From a virus, in the IMG/VR virus record IMGVR_UViG_3300034102_002416: a stretch of DNA of 64,000 nt; one strand, 5' to 3'. The notes under the pieces are model-generated. The model made no database searches. It had not been told where the DNA came from and worked only from the letters and a program-made list of their open reading frames with translations. The translations under genes and the position numbers were made by a program. Position 1 is the stretch's first letter, and every line of letters starts with the position of its first letter. Shown in pieces: positions 1-9,439 of this stretch.

Positions 1-720
1 ACCAGATCCGCTATTTTTAGTTTTTACTGAATTCTTTATATAAAGCTGAACCTCTGCATATGTGTTACTAGTACCTATAGCTTCGATTTGCAATTCAACC
101 GTACCAGCTGGTGTGTATGAAAATGTAAAATTTGATATACGTCCTTGAAAATAAAATTCATTCATGTTTTTTAGACGTTCTAAATCTACATTTGGATATA
201 ACTTTGTCAAAGTTTGTGTGCTAGGCAATTCTAAATCAGATAATTTTGTATTTGTAATAACAGCTGTCTCTGGATGTGCAATTACTAATTGAATGTACCG
301 ACCCGGTGCACAATATATACGTTCAATTTCATTTAAATCAGTTGTTGGATCCGGAATACTAATATCAATCGTAGTCTTATTCATATAGAATTTAGATTGA
401 TCATAAAAACCAGTATTTACATTTGTTATAAATGGAGGTATACGGTGCGCCGGTCTAATTCTATCATTTAAAAATCCTTCCGGACCTGATGGCATGTATG
501 CTTTAGATACCACTGAAGCTCCACCTAAAATACCATAACCATCAAATGGTTTAGAATCTTTTTGTGGTCGGGATTCATATGCAGTTAATTCAACATTTGC
601 AATTTTTTCCAACATAAATTGCATAGCAGCAGTAGTTCGATCTATAGAACCAGCTCGGCCTCGAGCATTTAATTCAGCTCTTAAATTAGGATTAACTTGT
701 GAATAAAATATAGCACTCAT
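1..720 (-). CDS. 5' part of a probable baseplate hub/tail protein (runs off the left edge)
   Basis: ATG at 720 overlaps the stop of the upstream gene. The frame is open at the segments I translated (MSAIFYSQVNPNLRAEL...FQGRISNFTF...KNSGSG). Position after the LysM/gp53-like gene fits a hub protein. Not in the ORF track. Confidence 0.6.
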   Translation of the reverse strand, partial: MSAIFYSQVNPNLRAELNARGRAGSIDRTTAAMQFMLEKIANVELTAYESRPQKDSKPFDGYGILGGASVVSKAYMPSGPEGFLNDRIRPAHRIPPFITNVNTGFYDQSKFYMNKTTIDISIPDPTTDLNEIERIYCAPGRYIQLVIAHPETAVITNTKLSDLELPSTQTLTKLYPNVDLERLKNMNEFYFQGRISNFTFSYTPAGTVELQIEAIGTSNTYAEVQLYIKNSVKTKNSGSG

Positions 721-1019
721 CTAGTTGTATTTACTGTTTGTATTTGTTGTTGTATACCAGTGATATCTGGAATACGTAATCGTGTATTAGGAGGGGCAAT
801 CAATGATCCTTTACCTAAACCATTTGCAGATGCAATAACATACCATAAAGTAGCATCATTGTAGAATCTATATGCTAATAAATCTAAGCGTTCTAACGAT
901 GTAACTTGAATATACACATCATTATTAGATATAGCTGGTACCGGAATAATCATTGTATCTTTTCTCCGGCGACCATTTGAGTCCTTTATCGTTTTAGTAT
1001 TTGAGTATCGATTTGCCAT
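717..1019 (-). CDS. baseplate LysM/tail-X (T4 gp53-like) protein
   Basis: ERLDLLAYRFYNDATLWYVIASAN...LRIP pattern typical of gpX/gp53 LysM-like proteins; GAGGA SD upstream. Confidence 0.75.
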   Translation of the reverse strand: MANRYSNTKTIKDSNGRRRKDTMIIPVPAISNNDVYIQVTSLERLDLLAYRFYNDATLWYVIASANGLGKGSLIAPPNTRLRIPDITGIQQQIQTVNTTR

Positions 1020-1056
1020 ATTATAATCCTCTGTTTAATATATATTTTTATAAACA

Positions 1057-2934
1057 TTATCCACCAACGCCAGGTTGGTTTTCTGTTGTTATACTAGCAC
1101 GATTAGCAGCTCGATTTTCAGCTATTTTTTTAGCTTTCTCATCAGTTTGGTTTGTACCAAAATCACTTAACCAATTATCGCCACCTTCTTTTGGAATTCC
1201 TAGATCATTATATTGTTTAGCCAATGAATACATACGTCCGCCTTTTTCAGGAAGATAATCAGATATAACATGTAATCCTAGTTGAACTGAAACTTTATGT
1301 GGTACTTGCATCATTGTGCTATCTTGTTCTATGTTAATTTCCCAGGTAGTATCAGAATCCATAAATGTATATTGTAATGATGTAATTACTACCGGCTGTT
1401 GGACTAATAAATCACCAATTGTCATTCGTAGCCATGGACCTTTCATTGCTATTGTATCACTCGAATAATCAGGAGTAGTATATGCTGCTAATGCATTAAT
1501 CTTACGATACATCGGTTTCATTTCATCACGGGATGTAGCAAACATTGTGAATGATAAACTAACATCGCGAGAATATCCGGTATAAATGTAATTAGGGTCA
1601 GCACGACCAACCATTTGAACTGCATCCCAGGATGGCGAATGACTATCAGAAAATGAATCTATTGTAGCTCGAAATACCATGATATCATCAACAGCATCTT
1701 CTGCTCCATTGTGTAATTTAGGACCAGTAAAATAAAATTTTATAAAATCTTGTGTTAAATCGGTAGCATTTAATATATTTGAAATAGCATTCCACGTATC
1801 ACTTCCATTAAATAGTTTAGGTTTCCACTGATATACTTGTGATAATTTTCGTTGACTGAAATCAATAACATTAATTTTATCACCTCTAAATTCAGTAGAT
1901 AACTCTATAGGATTAAATGTAGGGATCCATTTACCTTTTGTACTTAATTTACCATCAGGTCCTATAGATGGTATAGGTGACCAATTTGTAGCAACTTGAG
2001 TTCTTGCTGTGAAATCTCGTCGTTGAGCATTAGTATCACCGTGATTACCAAATCCATATACTGACTCTAAATTGAATAATGTATATGCACCCCCTGGAGC
2101 TGCAGATGTTGCAGCAAATAATCCACTAATTGCAGAAGATTTAATATTTCCGCTAAATAAATTTCTAGCAGCTGCAGCAGCACCATCTATTCTAACATCA
2201 TCTACGCTAAATACATATCCTTTAAACGTTCGAAAGTCTTTATATTTAGTTAATGACCATTCTTCTATTTCTTTTTTACGCGTGAATGGCATAATAGAAT
2301 ATGGTGTTCCTAAGTTTTCACTGCGAGTATCATCATCTAAACTTAATTTAAATATTGTAGAAATTGCAGTACTGGATAATTGATGAGTCATTGGAGTACC
2401 AAGACCAGCTGTAATTCCGACTAATGCATTTCTAATTGCATTTTTAAATATGGATCCCGGTGGTGTATTACCAATATTTTGCACAATATCAGCTCGTGTA
2501 CGATATGTAAATCCGCTTGGATTAGATAGAGTTGAATTGTCGCCATTTGCAGACGGACCTAACACAATTTCTGGTGTATTAAATGGTACTGCGTATGAAT
2601 ATTGTGATAATGATAATAAAATTCCGCCTGGAGTTGGATATTGTTTCGATACTGGACGAAATGAACTGTCAATAGTTGTTAAATAAATAGCACCTTCATA
2701 TTCAGATACCGTACCAATTGGAAATTGTGTATCAGAATATTTTTCTCGTCGGATTCCTATAGGAAATGGTGGAGGAGGAAATTCTGTGTCTGAATATTTC
2801 GATGGCTCTGCTGTATTTGGAAATGGCGGTGGCGGAAATTGTGTATCAGAATATTTTGATTGCCCTGCTGCCGGCGTAAATGGCGGAGGAGGAAAATTCG
2901 TACTGGAATATGGATTTTGATATGTATTTGACAT
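1057..2934 (-). CDS. baseplate/tail-tube initiator-like protein with N-terminal Pro-rich repeats
   Basis: C-terminal FRATIDSFSDSHSPSWDAVQMVGRADPNYIYTGYSRDVSLSF...MTIGDLL resembles tube-fold baseplate proteins; lies between the tape measure and LysM genes. Confidence 0.6.
   Translation of the reverse strand: MSNTYQNPYSSTNFPPPPFTPAAGQSKYSDTQFPPPPFPNTAEPSKYSDTEFPPPPFPIGIRREKYSDTQFPIGTVSEYEGAIYLTTIDSSFRPVSKQYPTPGGILLSLSQYSYAVPFNTPEIVLGPSANGDNSTLSNPSGFTYRTRADIVQNIGNTPPGSIFKNAIRNALVGITAGLGTPMTHQLSSTAISTIFKLSLDDDTRSENLGTPYSIMPFTRKKEIEEWSLTKYKDFRTFKGYVFSVDDVRIDGAAAAARNLFSGNIKSSAISGLFAATSAAPGGAYTLFNLESVYGFGNHGDTNAQRRDFTARTQVATNWSPIPSIGPDGKLSTKGKWIPTFNPIELSTEFRGDKINVIDFSQRKLSQVYQWKPKLFNGSDTWNAISNILNATDLTQDFIKFYFTGPKLHNGAEDAVDDIMVFRATIDSFSDSHSPSWDAVQMVGRADPNYIYTGYSRDVSLSFTMFATSRDEMKPMYRKINALAAYTTPDYSSDTIAMKGPWLRMTIGDLLVQQPVVITSLQYTFMDSDTTWEINIEQDSTMMQVPHKVSVQLGLHVISDYLPEKGGRMYSLAKQYNDLGIPKEGGDNWLSDFGTNQTDEKAKKIAENRAANRASITTENQPGVGG
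2722..2910 (-). repeat. four imperfect YSDTQFPPPPF coding repeats (about 57-60 nt period)
   Basis: YSSTNFPPPPF / YSDTQFPPPPF / YSDTEFPPPPF / YSDTQFP; the DNA unit ggaaattgtgtatcagaatattt recurs on the + strand. Confidence 0.9.
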
Positions 2935-2944
2935 TTTATTAATC

Positions 2945-4618
2945 CTATATTATATTCGTGTTATTCATTACTGAATTATCTAATATTTGTAATGAAGATC
3001 GAATTTTTTGACCATCAAATACATTGGTTACATGAAAACTCATTCCTTTTAATGCTGCAGCTACAGCAGATCCAACAGATTCTCCAGAACCATTTCCTCG
3101 CGATCCGACTGCGTCCCGAATACCTGGCATAGCTAATACATCATCTCGGCTATCTAATGCAAATGATCCAAATGGCCCTGACACGACAGTACCCGCGGAT
3201 GCTGGTATAAATACATCTTGTTTAGGGGTAGTATTTAATGGCAATGTGTCCCGATCTTGCCTGGTTGTTATTCCTTTTATATTTAATAAATCTACAACGA
3301 TACTACCAACATTCATTAACCCTATAGCAGTGCCGATTATTCCAGATCCTTTATTAATTGCCTGATTTGCTAGTTTACCAGCACCAGCATAAGTAGCGTC
3401 AGATGCAGCTTGGAATCCTGTATTTAGTTTTTTAACTTCTTCAGAATAATCTCCAAGTGCATCTATTTGTGCCTTAACGTTTCGATCTAGTTGTTGCACT
3501 TGCTGTGAACGTTCATCGCCTAATTTAATCTGCTCTTCAAAATTCTTACCATTAATTACTGTTGCATCGACTTGTGCGTTAATAAGTTTTAAACTATCTT
3601 CATGTGTTAGTTTTTGAGCTTTTAATTGTTCATACATTTTAAATGCATCATCTACCGATATACCTGCTATATCATTAAAACGTTGTTGTAGATAGACATT
3701 ATCTCGCAAGTCATCACCATATTTTTCAACCAATCCTGCATATAGTTCAACTTGACGATTTGCATCTTGCGCAAGTACAGCTTTTTGCATTTCAACTGCA
3801 AAATCTTCACCTTTTTGTGTAGTTAATTCTTCACCCGTTAATAATTGAAATTCTAGTTGACCAGCAATTGCGCTTTCTACATCTAAAAATTGTTGTGCAC
3901 CATCTGTAAGAGTTGATAATGATGTACCTAATAATTTTGTTTTAGCCAATGCTAGGCCTAGTTGGTGTGGCATTCTGCCGAATGTAACCCGTTGTTTTGC
4001 TTCTAAATCAGTAAACGAATCTAATATATCTGTCATTGCACCTTCATAGCCTAACTTTTCTAAAGATGCAGCTACATCAGCAAATTGTTCTGCTGACTGC
4101 TCGAATGTAATACCCATATTAGAATATAATACTGTTTGTGTACGAGCAAAACTTTCATTGGCTTCTGCGGTTAATCCTAATCGGTTTCGCAATGCTTCAC
4201 TTTGTTTCAATAACATTGCACCAGCACCGGTAGTATTATTATATATCTTAGTAGTGCCAACAAATAAATTTCTTAATTCAACAGCATATTGTTTATTCTT
4301 TTGTGAATTAGTTCCTAATTCGCGTGATATTTTATCAATTTTAACACCAAATTTAGCAGCGTTTTCTCCATTAATATTAAATCCTTCTGATAACTCTTGA
4401 TTTAGATCTTGAAGTATTGATAAATTTTGTACTACTCCACTAATCTGATCTGCTAGTTTACCAAATACATTTAAACGGATAATTTCATCGCCGCCGACTT
4501 TATATAAATCAAATACCTGTTTAAGACCAGCTGTTACTTGGCTTAATGGATCAACTGCCTGTCCATGCCTTGGTTGTTGTTTTAAGCGACTAATTAGTTG
4601 ATCTCGATGCAAATTCAT
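2945..4618 (-). CDS. tape measure protein (probable)
   Basis: Long helical A/Q/L-rich 557 aa protein immediately downstream of the tail chaperone pair, which is the canonical TMP position. Confidence 0.65.
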   Translation of the reverse strand: MNLHRDQLISRLKQQPRHGQAVDPLSQVTAGLKQVFDLYKVGGDEIIRLNVFGKLADQISGVVQNLSILQDLNQELSEGFNINGENAAKFGVKIDKISRELGTNSQKNKQYAVELRNLFVGTTKIYNNTTGAGAMLLKQSEALRNRLGLTAEANESFARTQTVLYSNMGITFEQSAEQFADVAASLEKLGYEGAMTDILDSFTDLEAKQRVTFGRMPHQLGLALAKTKLLGTSLSTLTDGAQQFLDVESAIAGQLEFQLLTGEELTTQKGEDFAVEMQKAVLAQDANRQVELYAGLVEKYGDDLRDNVYLQQRFNDIAGISVDDAFKMYEQLKAQKLTHEDSLKLINAQVDATVINGKNFEEQIKLGDERSQQVQQLDRNVKAQIDALGDYSEEVKKLNTGFQAASDATYAGAGKLANQAINKGSGIIGTAIGLMNVGSIVVDLLNIKGITTRQDRDTLPLNTTPKQDVFIPASAGTVVSGPFGSFALDSRDDVLAMPGIRDAVGSRGNGSGESVGSAVAAALKGMSFHVTNVFDGQKIRSSLQILDNSVMNNTNII

Positions 4619-4643
4619 ATAAATCGTACTTTATTATAAATAT

Positions 4644-4878
4644 TTACAATGGAGATTTTACGATAGGTTTTTTAGAAGCAGACGCTTTGGCTTTCTTTTT
4701 CTCATGACGTTGTTTATCTTCTTCAATTATCTGATTGACTTTATTGATCCAGAATCTACGTAAATACACTGGCATACTGTATAAATCAGACCATGTCCAT
4801 CGACCTTGACCAAACCAAACTAGATTGAATAAAGATTCATGAAGTTGTACGCGGTCTTCTGGTTTAAAACCAAAAAAG
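4644..4878 (-). CDS. tail assembly chaperone C-terminal extension (gpT/gp51-like), probably reached by frameshift
   Basis: LVWFGQGRWTWSDLYSMPVYLRRFWI resembles chaperone extensions. The ORF overlaps the upstream stop at a T-rich run and has no start near the junction; the track start at 4937 lies inside the upstream gene. Confidence 0.6.
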
Positions 4879-5625
4879 GTCTGCTCCAATTTGAAACATT
4901 GCAGTGAAGGTGTCCCCATCTTCACCTTCGAATTCATATTCTAATACAACACTCGGTGTATTATCACTCATATAATTCCGGAATTTTTTAGATTCAGATG
5001 CTAAAAATTTATATCGAATGAAATCATCAATGTCTGTTTTTGATCGAGAATCATTAACTTGACAAATAGTATGTTCTAAAAATTTTGAAATAGATAAATC
5101 TACATTATCATTGTTTAACAAAAATTTAAATTTTAATTTAGTTCCATTTGTTAGTTCATAATCAAATTCACCATTTTCATCAGAAACTAAATTGAATTCT
5201 GAATGTTTTAATTTGTTTAAATCGACAATGCGTTGCAACGTGTTACTTGTTTTAGGATTTGTTACTTGAACTGGATAATCCTTTCCGTAACTTAATATAC
5301 GGGCTGAGATAATCAATCCATTTTTGTCTACGCGCGAAATAGTTGAATAATCTACAGGAGTTACTATCAATGATTCTAACAATTTATCTAATACAACGCC
5401 TTCTCGTATATATGATGGATTAGTTAGAATATCTTCATCATATGCTGTCATGTACCGCATTTCAATAGTACCATCACGTAATGGATGATCTTTTGGATAT
5501 ACCATTCCGTTGCTAACTAAACGAATTAATTCGCTAGGAATACTGCTTCGTTTGCTGTCTTCATACTGTTTTTTAGCAAGTTGTATTAAATCTTGATTGG
5601 TTACTCGATCTGTCATTGCACTCAT
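4864..5625 (-). CDS. tail/baseplate hub assembly chaperone (T4 gp26-like)
   Basis: IEMRYMTAYDEDIL...DKNGLIISARILSYG motif. Start moved from 5682 to 5625 because of AAGGAG-AATA-ATG and an upstream promoter and terminator. Confidence 0.7.
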   Translation of the reverse strand: MSAMTDRVTNQDLIQLAKKQYEDSKRSSIPSELIRLVSNGMVYPKDHPLRDGTIEMRYMTAYDEDILTNPSYIREGVVLDKLLESLIVTPVDYSTISRVDKNGLIISARILSYGKDYPVQVTNPKTSNTLQRIVDLNKLKHSEFNLVSDENGEFDYELTNGTKLKFKFLLNNDNVDLSISKFLEHTICQVNDSRSKTDIDDFIRYKFLASESKKFRNYMSDNTPSVVLEYEFEGEDGDTFTAMFQIGADLFWF

Positions 5626-5667
5626 TATTCTCCTTATAACTTCTTTTAAATAAATATGTTTGAACAT

Positions 5668-5693
5668 AAAAAATGGGGACAACTGCCCCCATT
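5668..5693 (-). terminator. intrinsic terminator after tail tube gene
   Basis: Minus strand AATGGGGGCAGTTGTCCCCATTTTTT: GC stem followed by a U tract. Confidence 0.75.
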
Positions 5694-5712
5694 AAATAGT
5701 ATAATATCAATA

Positions 5713-6228
5713 TTAGTATTGAAGAATTGCGTAATCATATTTAAGCGTTAATTCAATCATCATCGCTTCTTCTGTTCCCCAATCCATGTTTCCAAAGTTT
5801 GCATCTGAAATAAATGCTCCTTTTAAAGTCCAGTTTTCAATTTTTTCACCTAATGCTGATAATGCATAAAATTCTAAATCGCGTTTATAATCAGTAGAAT
5901 ATCCATCTCTACCAGTTAATGATTCGTGGTGGAAACGTACCCATTCCATTACTGCCTGAGCGCCTTCTGATGTAATTGGATCATATATAGATATCGAAAC
6001 ATCACTCCAACGAGATTTTCCTTTAACTTTTCGGTCAATATTGATATGATCTAGAACAATTTCACCATTTGTTATAGTAGGGCGAGCTGCAGCTTTAACT
6101 AGATATGCCGGAATATTTGTACCTGCTAATTGCATAATAAATCTATTGGCATATTTCGGTTCCCACGAAAACGCACTATTAAATAAATCATTCTGACTAA
6201 TATCAGGTAAAGTTGGTGTTAATGCCAT
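5713..6228 (-). CDS. gp19: tail tube protein (T4 gp19-like)
   Basis: 171 aa directly after the sheath; RKVKGKSRWSDVSISIYD...VMEW...WTLKGAF...LTLKYD tube fold pattern. Confidence 0.85.
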   Translation of the reverse strand: MALTPTLPDISQNDLFNSAFSWEPKYANRFIMQLAGTNIPAYLVKAAARPTITNGEIVLDHINIDRKVKGKSRWSDVSISIYDPITSEGAQAVMEWVRFHHESLTGRDGYSTDYKRDLEFYALSALGEKIENWTLKGAFISDANFGNMDWGTEEAMMIELTLKYDYAILQY

Positions 6229-6252
6229 TTGGTATCCTTCATTACTTTTTTA

Positions 6253-6261
6253 TATAAATAT
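6253..6261 (-). promoter_or_regulatory. late promoter motif ATATTTATA (tube gene)
   Basis: One of about 22 copies of ATATTTATW found upstream of gene starts. Confidence 0.7.
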
Positions 6262-6270
6262 CAGCAAAGT

Positions 6271-6300
6271 AAAAAAGGTAGAACCGAAGTCCTACCTTTT
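6271..6300 (-). terminator. intrinsic terminator after sheath gene
   Basis: Minus strand AAAAGGTAGGAC-TTCG-GTTCTACCTTTTTT: UUCG tetraloop and U tract. Confidence 0.85.
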
Positions 6301-6319
6301 AATGATTAGATTTAAAATA

Positions 6320-8812
6320 CTATTCTGGGAAACTTGCTCCAGTAGGTTGAATATTGAAATCTAAAATAATAAATTCAGCCGTACGTGTCGGTTGAAGGAA
6401 GATTTGACCATATAAAATATTTTGATCAATCAAATCTGGTGTATTATTTGAAGAATCCATTACTACACGGAATGCAAATAATCCTTGTTTAGCTTTTACC
6501 TGATCTAGGTATGGATTAACAATTGACAAGAAACGTAAACGTGTTGCATCAGTGTTTTGTTCAAATACTAAGTATCTAGTAGATGATGCAATAAACTTCT
6601 TCACAGTAAGCAGTAAACGACGCACATTTACTCGGTCTAATGCACTTGGAATTCCTTGTAGAGTCTTTTGCCCCCAAATACATACTCCGTCGTTAGGGAA
6701 GTTGGCAATAGGGTTTACGCGAGCTTCATACAATGTGTCCCGATCTGATTGATTCAAGTTAGTATATACATCTGATACTGTGGTTAAACCACCGCGTGTC
6801 AATCCAGCTGGTGCATACCATGGTGCGGCAACAGAATCGTTAAATGATAACACGCCTGGTACTACAACGGATGGTGGAACCCATAATGGCACATTTTTAG
6901 CAGGATTAACTATTCTAACCCATGGCCAATATGTTGCAGTATAATTTGTATCTAATGTGGTAACATTATTAACCACGGTAGGAATTGATTCTGTTAATCC
7001 GTTTGAATCCATTACATAGAATGCATCTTGACGAGTTTCTACCATGTTAATTGCTGCACTAGTTACAATGCTGTGTTCGCTATTAATAATACCAGGGGTT
7101 ACTAACATGTTAATGTCATAGTAATCAGTATCACTTAGCAATGCAAATGCTTTGTTATATGCTTTTGTTCCAGCTGTGCTTGTACCTGAACAATTGAATC
7201 CAAATGTGTTGTCATTTGTAATGTATTGTCCTGAGTATTTTTTTAGGTTTGGTTTAGCCCCATCAAATCCGCCTTGCATCGGTACAATGAACTTACGTGT
7301 ACTAAGTGCTACGTTAGCTGTAAAGTATGAATTACCTGTTGTCAATGCTGTTTCTAAACTTCCGGAATATGGTGATGTTGTTGTAGGAAAACCTGCAGCT
7401 GCATCTTGATTCACATTACCTAAATAAAAGTCAGTGTTACTACCAGTTACTGAACCAGATGTTGGTACTGGTGCTAAGTAATTCAAGTTATTAACATTGC
7501 TAAAGTTAAATCCAAAATAGTTATTTGCGTTGTATGTAGTTACAACTTGTGATGTTAGATATGTAGTAGCAGTTAAGTTAACAGAACCAGATGGCATCGG
7601 TATTGGTGAATTCAACGCACGGAATCCAAATGGAATCAAACTTTTATCATTTGTTTTTGTTTCAACACCAGTTGTTACTTCTACTCGGATGTATTTTGAA
7701 AGGTTTGGATATGCACCGTAACGAACAATTTTATTATCATCTGACACAATCTGATAACGATCTCCAATTACCCGAGAGATGTATCTAGATGAATCTGGAT
7801 TTAAATTGACATTTTGAAATACTTCAACAATATCAGGATTTCGGTCTGTGTCTTGAGATGAATATGGTGAGTTTGGAATATTATTAGTATTAACTCGTCG
7901 AACTTCCACAGTAAATGTACCATATCCAGATGGATCAGAAACTTCAGCTGAAGTACGTACATCTCGAATACCAACTTTAACCTCATGGTTAACTGATGTA
8001 CCATCTGCTAATGCATAGAAACGGAACAAGTCTTTAGATACAACTCCTACTTTTTGTGATGTTATCCATGGAGTAGCAGCTTTACCATCTAAATTACCAT
8101 AATCAGTTAGCAATTCATAGTTTGAAATTATTGCTAGTTTCGTAGTAATATTGCCTGGATTTGCAAATGCAGCAAATGCAGTCGGATTTTCATACAATAC
8201 ATATGCTGGATAGTCTACCGATTTAGGACCAGTTCCAAATACTTTAGCTAAATAGTTATTAGCATTTGGATTAATAGAAGCGGATATCGCAGTATCTTGT
8301 GATACTAGGAATGATCCATCAAATCCAATGGCAGCATCGGTTGATGCAACTGCACTAGATCCGGATATTTTAATTGCAAATGATCCTGACCCAGCATCAG
8401 TTAACACTGAATTTTCAAATATTGGTGTAGCACCATCTGCTTCTACTGCTTGCACTGGATGAAGTACATGTGTTACTACTTCTACTTTAGATGCGCCAGA
8501 TCCCGAAGCTGCAATGATTGCTAATGCTCCATTTGTTAATTTATACCCATCTTCATATAAAAGACGAGTTACTGTGATTACACTTCCGTTACGTAAATAA
8601 TCTTGAACGACAAATGGCACATATGAATCATCTGTATATGATCCAAATGTTGCTACAAAATCGCTATAATTTCTTATTTGCGTAGGAATTAGTGCTGGTC
8701 CTTTCACAGTTGGACCTACTATTGCTGCACCTATTGCAGCAACGCCACCAGCTAAAAACGATTGATCTACTTCGTTCGTAAATACGCCTGGTGACACAAT
8801 TCTTTCTGCCAT
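6320..8812 (-). CDS. gp18: contractile tail sheath protein (T4 gp18-like)
   Basis: N-terminal SPGVFTNEVDQS; C-terminal WYAPAGLTRG, NPIANF, WGQKTL, RVNVRRLL, FEQN, LQPTRTAEFI. Confidence 0.95.
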   Translation of the reverse strand: MAERIVSPGVFTNEVDQSFLAGGVAAIGAAIVGPTVKGPALIPTQIRNYSDFVATFGSYTDDSYVPFVVQDYLRNGSVITVTRLLYEDGYKLTNGALAIIAASGSGASKVEVVTHVLHPVQAVEADGATPIFENSVLTDAGSGSFAIKISGSSAVASTDAAIGFDGSFLVSQDTAISASINPNANNYLAKVFGTGPKSVDYPAYVLYENPTAFAAFANPGNITTKLAIISNYELLTDYGNLDGKAATPWITSQKVGVVSKDLFRFYALADGTSVNHEVKVGIRDVRTSAEVSDPSGYGTFTVEVRRVNTNNIPNSPYSSQDTDRNPDIVEVFQNVNLNPDSSRYISRVIGDRYQIVSDDNKIVRYGAYPNLSKYIRVEVTTGVETKTNDKSLIPFGFRALNSPIPMPSGSVNLTATTYLTSQVVTTYNANNYFGFNFSNVNNLNYLAPVPTSGSVTGSNTDFYLGNVNQDAAAGFPTTTSPYSGSLETALTTGNSYFTANVALSTRKFIVPMQGGFDGAKPNLKKYSGQYITNDNTFGFNCSGTSTAGTKAYNKAFALLSDTDYYDINMLVTPGIINSEHSIVTSAAINMVETRQDAFYVMDSNGLTESIPTVVNNVTTLDTNYTATYWPWVRIVNPAKNVPLWVPPSVVVPGVLSFNDSVAAPWYAPAGLTRGGLTTVSDVYTNLNQSDRDTLYEARVNPIANFPNDGVCIWGQKTLQGIPSALDRVNVRRLLLTVKKFIASSTRYLVFEQNTDATRLRFLSIVNPYLDQVKAKQGLFAFRVVMDSSNNTPDLIDQNILYGQIFLQPTRTAEFIILDFNIQPTGASFPE

Positions 8813-8837
8813 TAAATTACTCCTATGATTTGTTTAT

Positions 8838-8846
8838 TATAAATAT
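8838..8846 (-). promoter_or_regulatory. late promoter motif ATATTTATA (sheath gene)
   Basis: Motif 25 nt upstream of the ATG, followed by an AGGAG SD. Confidence 0.7.
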
Positions 8847-8856
8847 AATGCTAATG

Positions 8857-9129
8857 TTACTGACCAACAGGAGTAAATGTGCCGGCAGCAATATTTATTT
8901 CACCGTCTCCATACCGCTCTTTAAGTTTTTCTAGTAAGGATGATTCATCATTTCGTAATTTATCAAATCGAGCTAATAATTGAGTTTCTTGTTCAGCAAG
9001 TTGTTCTAGTTGCCGTTTTAATAGTTGTTTTTCAATTGATACATTGCCGATGTAAGATGCAACCTCAGAAAACCCTGTTCGTAACTCTTGTATTGCATCT
9101 AAATGTTCTTTGTCTAATTTTCGTGTCAT
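8857..9129 (-). CDS. small coiled-coil protein (possible assembly chaperone)
   Basis: 90 aa heptad-rich helix ending LKERYGDGEINIAAGTF. Confidence 0.6.
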   Translation of the reverse strand: MTRKLDKEHLDAIQELRTGFSEVASYIGNVSIEKQLLKRQLEQLAEQETQLLARFDKLRNDESSLLEKLKERYGDGEINIAAGTFTPVGQ

Positions 9130-9145
9130 ATGTAACCGTTTCTTG

Positions 9146-9177
9146 ATATAATAAGAAGTATTTATATAAAATCCAAA
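9146..9177 (-). promoter_or_regulatory. class II (early/middle-type) promoter TTTG-N20-TATTATAT
   Basis: One of six elements with the same 20-nt spacer. Confidence 0.55.
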
Positions 9178-9414
9178 TTACCAACTAGTAATTATTATGA
9201 TTCCAGATCCGCCATAACCACCTTGACCACCAGTGCCTGTTGTATTTCCTATTAAACTTCCGCTTAATCTTAAACTTCCTGTTAAAGTAAATGAGCCAGA
9301 CACAGTTATATCGTATGCTTCAACTTTAGTAAAAGCATCAATTGATTGGGTAACATGCCAAGCATCAACTTGTTCTCCAGTTACTATTCCAGTTTTAGAT
9401 AAAACTTTAGCCAT
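9178..9414 (-). CDS. miniature, probably internally deleted tail-fibre-like gene
   Basis: Fibre-type N-terminus (VSGSFTLTGSLRLSGSL) joined directly to a Gly-rich C-terminal strand (GGQGGYGGSGIIIITSW); has its own late motif at 9425-9433. Confidence 0.55.
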   Translation of the reverse strand: MAKVLSKTGIVTGEQVDAWHVTQSIDAFTKVEAYDITVSGSFTLTGSLRLSGSLIGNTTGTGGQGGYGGSGIIIITSW

Positions 9415-9439
9415 TTAGTTTTATTATAAATATTAAATT

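Noticed and set aside
5626-5682. Upstream extensions of track ORFs (starts at 5682, 15406, 24919 and 44820)
   Set aside because: They run through promoters, terminators or neighbouring genes; downstream ATGs fit the SD or promoter positions better.
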